Assembly (NCBI GenBank): GCA_009777795.1
Contig: WRLC01000001.1
Coordinates: 61,509 to 125,508, forward strand
Source of the DNA: Candidatus Saccharimonadota bacterium
Lineage (GTDB): Bacteria > Patescibacteriota > Saccharimonadia > Saccharimonadales > Saccharimonadaceae
Reading direction: 5' to 3'
Length of the DNA: 64,000 nt
Each line of letters begins with the position of its first letter. The first letter of the stretch is position 1. Shown in pieces: positions 45,064 to 53,813 of the stretch. Both the position numbers and the translations under genes were made by a program. A model generated the notes under the pieces. It had not been told where the DNA came from and searched no databases. It saw only the letters and a program-made list of their open reading frames with translations.

Positions 45064-46017
45064 ATGTTCTGGGACCAATTCAAAGCGCCATTCTCGATCC
45101 TCGCCCCCATGGAGGGCGTCACCGACCTTGTCTTTCGCCAAGTCGTCGCCAAGGCCGGCCGGCCCGACATCTTTTTCACCGAATTCACCAACATTTATAG
45201 CTACGCCAACCAACTCGGCCGCCAAAACGCCCTCGAACGCCTCCAATTCCTCCCCAGCGAGCAGCCCATCGTCGCCCAAATTTGGGGCAAAACCCCAGAG
45301 AACTTCGCTCTCATGAGCGCCGGGCTCAAAGACCTCGGCTATCAAGCTGTCGACATCAACACCGGCTGCCCCGATAAAAACGTCGTCGCCACCGGTGGCG
45401 GCTCCGCCCTCATCCGCACCCCCGAGCTCGCCGCCGAAATCATCCAAGCCACCAAGTCATCCGGCCTCGCCGTCAGTGTCAAAACCCGCCTCGGCTACAG
45501 CCAAGTTGACGAATACCAAACTTGGCTTCCCCACCTATTCAAGCAAGACATCCAAGCCCTCACCGTCCACCTCCGCACCAAAAAGGAGATGAGCAAAGTC
45601 CCCGCCCACTTCGAGCTCATCCCCGCCATCGTCCAGATGCGAAATGACCTCGCACCCCACACCAAGCTCATCATCAACGGCGACATCCTCGATATCCAAA
45701 CTGGCTTCCAGATGGCCCACGAACACGGCTTCGACGGCGTCATGATCGGCCGCGGCGTCTTCCATAACCCCTTCTGCTTCACCCACCATACCCCCACCCA
45801 AACAGAATTACTTGAGCTTTTACATTATCACTTAGACCTTTGGGAAAACTATCATTATGGGCAACTGGCCGACAGGACCCCGAGCATGGAGCCGCTCAAA
45901 AGATTTTTCAAAGTCTACATCCATGGCGTTCGCGGCGCCCACGACCTCCGCGCCAAACTGATGGATTGCCACAACCTCGATCAAGTTCGTAAAGTATTAA
46001 AAAAGGAGAATTTATGA
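45064..46017 (+). CDS. tRNA-dihydrouridine synthase
   Basis: ILAPMEGVTDLVFRQV, DINTGCP (catalytic Cys) and FDGVMIGRG. Confidence 0.85.
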   Translation: MFWDQFKAPFSILAPMEGVTDLVFRQVVAKAGRPDIFFTEFTNIYSYANQLGRQNALERLQFLPSEQPIVAQIWGKTPENFALMSAGLKDLGYQAVDINTGCPDKNVVATGGGSALIRTPELAAEIIQATKSSGLAVSVKTRLGYSQVDEYQTWLPHLFKQDIQALTVHLRTKKEMSKVPAHFELIPAIVQMRNDLAPHTKLIINGDILDIQTGFQMAHEHGFDGVMIGRGVFHNPFCFTHHTPTQTELLELLHYHLDLWENYHYGQLADRTPSMEPLKRFFKVYIHGVRGAHDLRAKLMDCHNLDQVRKVLKKENL

Positions 46018-46250
46018 ATAAAGTTATTGTCTACAGCGCCGACTGGTGCGGCTACTGCCACGCCCTAATGGACTGGCTCACCGACAGCGGCATTGCCTAC
46101 GAGGAAAAAAATGGCGAAAAGGAGTCTTGGATTACCGGCTATCCCACCACCGAAATTGTCAACCAAGACGGCAAACGCCTTGCCCTCATCGAGGGCTTTG
46201 ACCGCCAAAAAATCCTCGCCGCCATCAAAGGACCTGATGCCAAAAAATAA
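46014..46250 (+). CDS. Glutaredoxin/NrdH-like thioredoxin-fold protein
   Basis: VIVYSADWCGYCHALMDWL contains a CxxC active site. 78 aa. Confidence 0.65.
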   Translation: MNKVIVYSADWCGYCHALMDWLTDSGIAYEEKNGEKESWITGYPTTEIVNQDGKRLALIEGFDRQKILAAIKGPDAKK

Positions 46251-46686
46251 CATCGAAAACCGCCGCGCCCACTTTGACTATGCGCTAAACGACAAAATTC
46301 TTGCCGGCCTCGTTTTGTCCGGCGCCAAAGTCCGGGCGCTCCGCGACGGCCGCGCCCACCTCAAAGGCGCCTATGTCGCTATCCGCCATAACGAACTCTG
46401 GCTCCAAAACGCCAGCTTCCACCTCAAGGGCAGCGGCCCCTCCGACGCTCCGATCATCGACACCAGCCCCGTCAAACTCCTCGTCAAAAAACGCCAACTC
46501 GCCACCCTCCAACGCGCTAAGCAAGACGGCTACAGCATCATCCCCACCAAAATCATCACCGGCAGCCGCTTCATCAAGCTCGAAATCGCCCTCGGCCGCG
46601 GCAAAAAATTATATGACAAACGCGAAACCCTCAAACGCCGCGACAGCGCCCGCGAAGCCGACCGCCTCATCAAAGGAGCCAGATGA
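46237..46686 (+). CDS. smpB: SsrA-binding protein SmpB
   Basis: NRRAHFDYALNDKILAGLVLSGAKVRALRDGRAHLKGAYV and a C-terminal basic tail. ATG 46237 preferred over track start 46093. Confidence 0.85.
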   Translation: MPKNNIENRRAHFDYALNDKILAGLVLSGAKVRALRDGRAHLKGAYVAIRHNELWLQNASFHLKGSGPSDAPIIDTSPVKLLVKKRQLATLQRAKQDGYSIIPTKIITGSRFIKLEIALGRGKKLYDKRETLKRRDSAREADRLIKGAR

Positions 46687-47483
46687 ACGCCCGGGTGTTT
46701 AGCTGGAACGTCAACGGCCTCCGCGCCGTCATCAACCGCGGCGCCCTCCAAGAATTCATCGCCCAATTTTCGCCCGACATCCTCGCCCTCCAAGAAACTA
46801 AACTCCAAGAATCCCAACTCGCCGCCCTCAAACTCGACCAACTCTTCCCCGACTACCAAATGTTCTGGTCCTTCGCCACCCGCAAAGGCTACTCCGGCAC
46901 TGCCATCTGGGTCAAAAAAACTCTCCCCGCGCATAAAGTCATCTTAGAAAAAAACCTTGAGCTAAGCGACAAATACGGCTGCGCTTGCGAAGAGGGCCGC
47001 CTTACTGCTGTTGAGCTGGCCAAAACTCTGGTTGTCAGCCTCTATGCACCAAACGGCAAAGAAGATCTCAGCCGTATCCCTTTGCGTGTTAAATATGATG
47101 CTCACATCAACAGCCTGCTAAAACCCTACAAAAAAGTCCTCCTCCTCGGCGATTTCAACGTCGCCAACGAACCCATCGACGTCGCCAACCCCGACAACAA
47201 AAAAGGCAAACACGGCTTCACCGACGAAGAACGCACCGGCTTCAAAAACTACCTCAAGTCCGGCTTCCACGACGTCTGGCGCGAAGAAAACCCCGACAAA
47301 ATCGCCTACACTTGGTGGAGCTTCCGCGTCCGCAATTACGACCCCAGCAAACCCAAACCCGGCTGGCGTATCGACTACGCCCTCGCCAAAGGCCTCCAAA
47401 CTGGCGACGCTGACATCCACCCAAGCGTCCACGGCTCCGATCACTGCCCGATTAGTCTGGAAATTCAGGAATCAACATTATGA
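46683..47483 (+). CDS. xth: Exodeoxyribonuclease III (AP endonuclease)
   Basis: FSWNVNGLRA, DILALQETK, GDFNVA and SDHCPI. Confidence 0.85.
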   Translation: MNARVFSWNVNGLRAVINRGALQEFIAQFSPDILALQETKLQESQLAALKLDQLFPDYQMFWSFATRKGYSGTAIWVKKTLPAHKVILEKNLELSDKYGCACEEGRLTAVELAKTLVVSLYAPNGKEDLSRIPLRVKYDAHINSLLKPYKKVLLLGDFNVANEPIDVANPDNKKGKHGFTDEERTGFKNYLKSGFHDVWREENPDKIAYTWWSFRVRNYDPSKPKPGWRIDYALAKGLQTGDADIHPSVHGSDHCPISLEIQESTL

Positions 47484-48274
47484 ATTTCACTATCCAAGAA
47501 GTCGACCAACCACTTTTTCCTGACACCCTCTTGCCGCCCGAACGCCGCGACCTCCGCGGCAAAATCCTCATCATCGGCGGCAGCTCGGCCGGCTTCGCCG
47601 GTGTCAATTACGCCTACACCAAGGCCCTCGCCCTCGGCGCCGGCGAGGTCAAGGTCCTCCTCCCCAAATACCTCGAAAAACTCCTACCCCAAAGTCCGGA
47701 CTTTGTCTTTGCCGGCGACCCCAAAGCCCTCGGCCTTAGCACTGCCGCCCAGCCCGACCTCCAATCCCTCACCAACTGGGCCGACGGCATCCTCCTCATC
47801 GGCGACTTCGGCAAAAACTCCCAAACTCAGCAGCTCCTCTCCCACTTTCTCTCCCAAAATCAAAAACCACTCCTCGCCACTCGCGACGCCATCGACTTAA
47901 CTCTAAGCGACCTCCCGCTCGAGGACAAAAACCTCTGCCTCTTCCTCACCTTCCCCCAGCTCCAAAAACTCCTCAAAACCGCCCTCTACCCCAAGATCCT
48001 CACCCACTCCACCCCTTTACCCCAAATCGCCGACGCCCTCCACAAGTTCACCATCACCTACCCCTGCCGCCTCGCCACCTTCGCCAACCCCAACTTCCTC
48101 GTCGCCGCCAGCGGCCAAGTCATCGCCACCCCACTCTATGACTCCCAATCCATCCCCCTCACCAAATACAACCCCCTCACCCTCTGGGCCGGCGAGCCAG
48201 CCGTCAAAGCCCTCCTCCTCTCACTCTGGTCGCCCAAACCCCCGATTGCCAGCATTGCAGAAAGTATTTTATGA
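47480..48274 (+). CDS. YjeF-C/NAD(P)H-hydrate dehydratase-like carbohydrate kinase fold protein
   Basis: LRGKILIIGGSSAGFAGVNYAYTKALALGAGEVKVLLP resembles the YjeF_C N-terminal motif. Weak call. Confidence 0.35.
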   Translation: MNFTIQEVDQPLFPDTLLPPERRDLRGKILIIGGSSAGFAGVNYAYTKALALGAGEVKVLLPKYLEKLLPQSPDFVFAGDPKALGLSTAAQPDLQSLTNWADGILLIGDFGKNSQTQQLLSHFLSQNQKPLLATRDAIDLTLSDLPLEDKNLCLFLTFPQLQKLLKTALYPKILTHSTPLPQIADALHKFTITYPCRLATFANPNFLVAASGQVIATPLYDSQSIPLTKYNPLTLWAGEPAVKALLLSLWSPKPPIASIAESIL

Positions 48275-48786
48275 TTTCGCTTGCTTTGTGGAATCTTCGA
48301 AGCATCGCCAACGTCGCCTCCATCCTTCGCACCGCCGACTGCCTCGGCATCCAAACCGTTTATTTTATCGGCACCACGCCCCACCCCAGCCTGCCCGGCG
48401 ACCCCCGCCTCCCCCACGTCCGCGCCCTACTCGACCAAAAGTTCGCCAAGACCTCTCTCGGCGCCGAAAAGTCCCTCAATCTCGCCTACTTCCCCGATTT
48501 TACCGAGCTCCAAGACCACCTCAACCGAGCCTCCAGCCCCAAATCACCCCAACCCCAAATCCTCGCCCTCGAGCAAGCCCCCGGCTCCTACCACCTACCT
48601 GACTTACCCCAGCTCCAAGACCACATCCTCCTCATCGTCGGCGAGGAACGCCACGGCCTACCGCCCGACCTCCTCGCAAAATGCAACGCCACCCTCGAAA
48701 TCCCCATGCTAGGCCAAAAAGAATCCCTCAACGTCGCCGTCGCCACCGGCATCGCCCTCTACGCCCTCGAGCAACAAATGATATAA
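48271..48786 (+). CDS. SpoU/TrmH-family RNA 2'-O-methyltransferase
   Basis: NLRSIANVASILRTADCLG, LIVGEERHGLP and EIPMLGQKESLNVAVATGIALY. Confidence 0.75.
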   Translation: MISLALWNLRSIANVASILRTADCLGIQTVYFIGTTPHPSLPGDPRLPHVRALLDQKFAKTSLGAEKSLNLAYFPDFTELQDHLNRASSPKSPQPQILALEQAPGSYHLPDLPQLQDHILLIVGEERHGLPPDLLAKCNATLEIPMLGQKESLNVAVATGIALYALEQQMI

Positions 48787-48894
48787 TTTCTCGAGGTTTT
48801 TATATAAAAACTAAAATTAACTGTTGCAAAGTGCGGCGCTAATGCTTATACTAAATATAAGCATGAAGGAGAGAAAGATGCGGAGGTATAGTTT

Positions 48895-49746
48895 ATGAGT
48901 TTACCGGGTTCGAAATTAAGCGCAAGCAGGAACGCGGCGGCTAAATCGATAGTAAAGGATGGTGCATCGGCGAAGAGGGCAAATTCAAGTGATTTGTTGC
49001 CGATAACAGTTCTTAGCAAGCCGACGAAAGTGGTGGTGCCAGCGCCGAAGATTACCACATTTGCGGCGCCAAATGCGGTGGTAGTGTCGCGCTCGGTGAA
49101 AAAGCCAGTTAAGGTGAGTGCTACGGCCAGTCAAGTCAATGGTTTTAAGCGCCCGGCTAGCCTGCCGCGGCCTGTGGAAAAGCCTGTGCAGAAGCCAGCG
49201 CAAAAATCTGTGGAAAAACCAGTGGAAATCCCGATTAGCACCTCAGTGATGCTAGACATGGAAACGAGCGCCAAGCCGGTGAAGAAATACGCGATTGCCA
49301 AGCGGAAAGTTTGGGCAGGTCTAGCGTTTGCCGGGTTTGCTCTGGCGATAACGGGTTTCTTGGTATATCTCAATTTGCCGGATATTTCGGTGCGGGTGCG
49401 GGCGACGGAGCTTGGCATCTCGACCAACTTACCAGCTTTTAAGCCGGACGGTTATAGCGTGCAGGGGATTGCCGAGATTGAAAATGACGTATTGACAGTG
49501 CGCTACGCTTCAAGTGATGACAGCTATGTGTTTACGGCGCGCAAATCGGCGCTTGATCCGTATCAGATGGCGGACTACGCAAAAAGCATCCTGCCGGAGG
49601 CCGAGAGTGTATTTGGTAATGGTTTGACGGTCTATATACAAGGGTCGGATGCGGTTTGGGCAAATGGTGGAGTATTGTACACGATTACTGGGTCGAGCTT
49701 GCTGGAACATGGGCAAATCGTAAAAATCGCGATTGCGACGGAATAG
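48895..49746 (+). CDS. Single-pass membrane protein, hypothetical (basic/Pro-rich cytoplasmic N-terminus, extracellular C-terminal domain)
   Basis: GGAGG SD and TM helix VWAGLAFAGFALAITGFLVYL. No family recognised. Confidence 0.4.
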   Translation: MSLPGSKLSASRNAAAKSIVKDGASAKRANSSDLLPITVLSKPTKVVVPAPKITTFAAPNAVVVSRSVKKPVKVSATASQVNGFKRPASLPRPVEKPVQKPAQKSVEKPVEIPISTSVMLDMETSAKPVKKYAIAKRKVWAGLAFAGFALAITGFLVYLNLPDISVRVRATELGISTNLPAFKPDGYSVQGIAEIENDVLTVRYASSDDSYVFTARKSALDPYQMADYAKSILPEAESVFGNGLTVYIQGSDAVWANGGVLYTITGSSLLEHGQIVKIAIATE

Positions 49747-51520
49747 GGCGGGAACGACGGTGGCTTGGGCGGGCAAAACAAACAGTAGCGGACGGAGTAT
49801 CTCGCAGGATGAGGTGGATTTGCGATTGAGCGCCGAGCGGCCTTATACATATTTTACGATGGAGCTTTATGACCAGAAAAACGGGATTCGCGGTGGCGGT
49901 GGGCTGGGGGTGCTGGCGGCGGATACGCGGCGGGTGGCCGAGCAACTGGATGTGCCGTTTGTTCTTTTGACGCCATTTTATCCAATTGAGATGCATCAGG
50001 TTCCGGTCGCGGGCTCGGTGGCGGATTTTGAGCTGGAGAATGTGGCGCTGAATGTGCATCCGAGCAACAATGGTTTTGAGCTGATCGGCGAGACTTATAT
50101 TGCGACCAAATTCGACCCGCAGATTAAAATTGAGGTCTGGCAAAAACAACTGGGTTCGACAAGGCTACTAACGGTTTACGACCCGAATTTTCGGGAGCTC
50201 TATGCGGACGAGGGTAGCTCGAACCACCGGCTCTATCAGGAAGTGGTGCTGGGTTTTGCGGGGATGCAGGCTTTGAAGTTGGCGGGGCTGAAATCGAATG
50301 TCATCCAGCTGAATGAAACAGCTTGCTTTTTTGCGGCGTTAGCCCGGCTTGATGATTTGGTGCAAAATGGGATGCATATTTTCGAGGCGCTAAAATATGT
50401 GCGCGACCATACTTTATATACTAACCACACGCTGGTGCAGGCGGCGGAGGCGAGTTTTTCGCGGGCGCAATTTGCCGAGTTTGTCTTGCCGAATTTGCAA
50501 AGCAAGTCAGTGGCGCGCTGGACGATGGCGCAATTTCCGGACAGTGAGGGGCATGTTAAGTACGCCGACGCACATCGCTTGGCGGACAACACCGATGCTC
50601 CACTTAGGTTGTCGGACATCACGCTGGAGTTGGCGGGCCAGAAGTCTGGCGTGTCAAAGCTGCATGCGAAGGTGGCGAACTACCATGATTTAGACGGTAA
50701 TCGGATTCATTTTGATGCGGTGACGAACGGGATTGACGTGGAGACATGGGTGCTGCCGTCGACGGTGAAGATGTTTCGCGAGCTGGATTTGTTGACGAAA
50801 TATAATTTGCCGACACATGATTTTAGAGAGAAATTGGTTGGTTTGACCGGCGAAAAGATTTGGGCCCAGAAGCGTGGGGGCCGGGCGCTACTGGTGAAGG
50901 CGCTAGGTGAGCGCGGTATTCAGATACCGGAGGGCGCGATTGTCTTTAACTTCAAGCGGCGATTTGTCGATTATAAGCGGCCGTGGATGGCTTTTAGCGA
51001 TCCGGAGCGATTGGCGAAGATTTTGGTTGAGGCGGACGCATACTATATTTTGGCCGGTCGGGTGCACACAGGGGATGATAATATGATGCGGCATTTGGAG
51101 ACGATTGTGGCGGCGGTCGAGGCTAACCCGGAGCTAAAAAAACGGGTGCACTATCTGGCTGATTACGACGAGAAAACGGCTTATGCGTTGAGCGTAGGGT
51201 CGGATGCGGCAATCAACAACCCGATTGTTGGGCTGGAAGCTTGCGGGACTTCGTGGGAAAAGGATATTATGAATTTGCAGATTTTGATTAGTACGGAAGA
51301 TGGCGGCGTGGCGGATATCACGCCGGCGGCCTACCTGAAAATTGAGGGAGAGAACGAGGCGGACGAGGTGGAGAGCTTGTACCAGCAGATGGAGCGGGCT
51401 TGCCAGTTGTTGCGCTCGGAGGAGTTGGCGGACTTTTTGCAGGGGCAGGTGAGGGCGTATTTGCCGACGATTTCGGGGGCGCGGATGCTGGGTGATTATT
51501 TGCGATTGCTGGCGCGGTAA
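49733..51520 (+). CDS. Alpha-glucan phosphorylase-like (GT35, short type)
   Basis: GGGGLGVLAADTRR (compare GGLGxLAGD) and YTNHTLVQAAEASF (compare TTHTPVPAG). The start is uncertain; GTG 49814 and ATG 49859 are alternatives. Confidence 0.65.
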   Translation: MRRNRAGTTVAWAGKTNSSGRSISQDEVDLRLSAERPYTYFTMELYDQKNGIRGGGGLGVLAADTRRVAEQLDVPFVLLTPFYPIEMHQVPVAGSVADFELENVALNVHPSNNGFELIGETYIATKFDPQIKIEVWQKQLGSTRLLTVYDPNFRELYADEGSSNHRLYQEVVLGFAGMQALKLAGLKSNVIQLNETACFFAALARLDDLVQNGMHIFEALKYVRDHTLYTNHTLVQAAEASFSRAQFAEFVLPNLQSKSVARWTMAQFPDSEGHVKYADAHRLADNTDAPLRLSDITLELAGQKSGVSKLHAKVANYHDLDGNRIHFDAVTNGIDVETWVLPSTVKMFRELDLLTKYNLPTHDFREKLVGLTGEKIWAQKRGGRALLVKALGERGIQIPEGAIVFNFKRRFVDYKRPWMAFSDPERLAKILVEADAYYILAGRVHTGDDNMMRHLETIVAAVEANPELKKRVHYLADYDEKTAYALSVGSDAAINNPIVGLEACGTSWEKDIMNLQILISTEDGGVADITPAAYLKIEGENEADEVESLYQQMERACQLLRSEELADFLQGQVRAYLPTISGARMLGDYLRLLAR

Positions 51521-51527
51521 GCTGGCG

Positions 51528-51875
51528 TTAGGAGAGGTCAGAAAGCGGGTTTTCGGGATTCTCGGCCTCGAGTAGTCGGCCGATTTGGTGGATTTGCCCG
51601 AGCGAGACAGCAGAGACTTGGCCGGGCTGGGAATCGCCGGACAAATAGGAGCCGAAAAGGGACTTGAGCTCGCGCAGGCAGCGATTGCGGGTACGGGCCA
51701 GCGGATCGCGCGAGCGGCGGACTTGGCGCAGGGCGATGGTGGAGGGCCGTTCGCCTAATATTTCGGTGGCTCGAGTTAGCTCGTCGATGATTTGGCTGTA
51801 CTCTTGGCCCATGGCATGGAGGTTGGGACGGGCGACATGTCGTCTAACCACAAGCGTTTTAACACATTTACCCAT
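51528..51875 (-). CDS. Hypothetical protein
   Basis: The only long ORF in this interval, and it fills the gap between neighbours. No motif recognised. Confidence 0.3.
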   Translation of the reverse strand: MGKCVKTLVVRRHVARPNLHAMGQEYSQIIDELTRATEILGERPSTIALRQVRRSRDPLARTRNRCLRELKSLFGSYLSGDSQPGQVSAVSLGQIHQIGRLLEAENPENPLSDLS

Positions 51876-51918
51876 AATTTACAACAATTATATCACGTAT
51901 TTGTGTGTTTGCAAACTG

Positions 51919-51927
51919 TGATATAAT
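51919..51927 (+). promoter_or_regulatory. Extended -10 promoter element
   Basis: TGaTATAAT ends 10 nt before ATG 51938. No SD. Confidence 0.4.
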
Positions 51928-51937
51928 TATATAGTAT

Positions 51938-52369
51938 ATGACAAAGAAGAATGATGAGAAGTTGGCGGAGTTGACGGCTGATTTGCAGCGGACGCGAGCG
52001 GATTTCGAGAATTATCGAAAGAATGTCGAGCGCGACAAGGCATTTTTGGCGGCGGCAACCGAGCGCCGGGCGTTGATGAAGTTCTTGCCGGTGTTGGATG
52101 ACATCGAGCGGGCGGCGGCGCATCTGCCGGAGGAGCTGGCGGATAACCCGTGGGCTAACGGGATAGTGGGCCTAACGAAAAAGTTGGAGGCGACACTGGA
52201 GAGTGTGGGTATTCGGAAAATCGCGGCAGAGCCGGGCGCCAAATTCGACCCGAACTTGCACGAGGCAGTGGCGAGCGGCGAAAATGGTGAAAAGATTGCC
52301 GAGGAGCTAAGGGCCGGCTATATGCTGGGCGACGAAGTGCTACGACCGACGATGGTTAATGTTGACTAA
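51938..52369 (+). CDS. grpE: Nucleotide exchange factor GrpE
   Basis: RTRADFENYRKNVERDK, LPVLDDIERA and KFDPNLHEAV. Confidence 0.85.
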   Translation: MTKKNDEKLAELTADLQRTRADFENYRKNVERDKAFLAAATERRALMKFLPVLDDIERAAAHLPEELADNPWANGIVGLTKKLEATLESVGIRKIAAEPGAKFDPNLHEAVASGENGEKIAEELRAGYMLGDEVLRPTMVNVD

Positions 52370-52370
52370 C

Positions 52371-52400
52371 TTGACAGAGCATATTTTTATATGATATTAT
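52371..52400 (+). promoter_or_regulatory. Promoter (-35 plus extended -10) for the CHAP hydrolase gene
   Basis: TTGACA (52371-52376), 18 nt, then TGaTATTAT ending at 52400. ATG at 52407 with no SD. Confidence 0.45.
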
Positions 52401-52406
52401 AAAAAT

Positions 52407-53648
52407 ATGAGCATAAGCGAAAACAAATTTTTGCGCGGCGTGGTGGTATTTGCAACTTGCGCTACGGCCTTTGTGCTAGCAGTGCAGATGACGACAATCC
52501 CGGTGGGCAACGCGCGGACGATTTCGGAGTTGGACCGAGAAATCGCGGCGATGAACGCGAAGATTCGCGAGTACCAGCGGCAAATATCGCAATATCGGGA
52601 GCAAGCGGACAGTCTGGCAGCACAAGTGGGGATTTTGCGGGCGCAGGAGGCGGCAATTCAGGCAGAGATTGATTTGTCGGAGCTGCAAAAACAGCAGTTG
52701 GAGGACCAAATCGAAAACACCGAGCAGCGGATTGTGGACACACAAGAGCGGCTGGGTGATGTGATTGTTGATGTGCATTTGGCGCGTGATTTGTCGCCGC
52801 TGGAGCGGGCGTTGTCGTCGCGTGATATCGCGGAGTTTATCGACCGCGAGATGGCGATGAGCATCGTGTCGAACAGCTTACGGCAGGCGGCGCGGGAGCT
52901 GCAACTCTTGAAGAGCCAGTTGGACGAGGACAAGGTTGGGGTGGAGAAGATTTTGAACGAGCAGACGACGCAGCGGAATAATTTGGCGGCAACAAGGGCG
53001 CAACAGCAGTATCTGCTGACGGTGACGCGGGGTACGGAACAGGGCTACCAAAACATGAAAAACGCGGCCGAGACCGAGCTAGTGGCGCTGAACGCCGAGC
53101 GAATCCGCTTGTGGCAGGAAGTGAATGGTGGGTCGAATAACATCAATCGCCAGCCGGGGCAAAAGGCGGCGCGGAATTATTCGGGGCTTTTAGGTTGCGC
53201 GGGTTCGGGGTCGGGCTATCCGAACCACGGGGCTGGGCTCTGGAACTCCCGCTATGGTTGTAATTATGCTTATGGCAGCGGTTGGGATGCGTGGGGGATG
53301 AGCAACCGGCACTGCACGAGCTATGTGGCGTGGGCGCTTTGGAATCGATTTGGCAAGCATGTCGCGCCTTTCGGTGGAGCGGGTAATGCCAAGCAATGGC
53401 CGGACACGGCGCCGCGTTTAATGGGTGCGGTGGCAAACAATACGCCAGCGGTCGGGTCGGCGGCGGTGTGGGACTATGGCACGCCGGATTCGGTGTCGCG
53501 CTGGGGCCATGTGATGTTGGTCGAGGCAATCTATAACGACGGCTGGTTGCGCGTGTCGCATTTTAACTACGGAACGCGGGGCGGCGAGTTCTCGATTATG
53601 GATATCCCGGCGGATAGCGCGGTTTATGTGCATTTCCGCAACCGATAA
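52407..53648 (+). CDS. PcsB-like secreted peptidoglycan hydrolase (coiled coil plus CHAP domain)
   Basis: Signal-anchor and a ~230-aa heptad-rich coiled coil. The C-terminal CHAP domain has Cys in NRHCTSYVAWAL and His in WGHVMLVEA. Confidence 0.75.
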   Translation: MSISENKFLRGVVVFATCATAFVLAVQMTTIPVGNARTISELDREIAAMNAKIREYQRQISQYREQADSLAAQVGILRAQEAAIQAEIDLSELQKQQLEDQIENTEQRIVDTQERLGDVIVDVHLARDLSPLERALSSRDIAEFIDREMAMSIVSNSLRQAARELQLLKSQLDEDKVGVEKILNEQTTQRNNLAATRAQQQYLLTVTRGTEQGYQNMKNAAETELVALNAERIRLWQEVNGGSNNINRQPGQKAARNYSGLLGCAGSGSGYPNHGAGLWNSRYGCNYAYGSGWDAWGMSNRHCTSYVAWALWNRFGKHVAPFGGAGNAKQWPDTAPRLMGAVANNTPAVGSAAVWDYGTPDSVSRWGHVMLVEAIYNDGWLRVSHFNYGTRGGEFSIMDIPADSAVYVHFRNR

Positions 53649-53680
53649 TCTTGATTATCCTTGTATAATATTATAGATTA

Positions 53681-53689
53681 TGCTACAAT
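53681..53689 (+). promoter_or_regulatory. Extended -10 promoter element for tRNA-Val
   Basis: TGcTACAAT ends 11 nt before the tRNA 5' end. Confidence 0.35.
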
Positions 53690-53700
53690 TTGTGATGTGG

Positions 53701-53777
53701 GGGCGGTTAGCTCAGCTGGCTAGAGCGCGTCTTTGACGTAGACGAGGTCATAGGTTCGACTCCTATATCGCCCACCA
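53701..53777 (+). tRNA. tRNA-Val (GAC), CCA encoded
   Basis: GGGCGGTTAGCTCAGCTGGCTAGAGCGCGTCTTTGACGTAGACGAGGTCATAGGTTCGACTCCTATATCGCCCACCA. Anticodon loop is TTGACGT. Confidence 0.9.
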
Positions 53778-53813
53778 AGACATTCGATAAAAATATAATA
53801 ACTAAAGGAAAGT

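Noticed and set aside
51876-51937. CIRCE operator (TTAGCACTC-N9-GAGTGCTAA) upstream of grpE, or near hrcA at 17110-18305.
   Set aside because: No match was found by eye in either region, and I cannot exclude a divergent operator.
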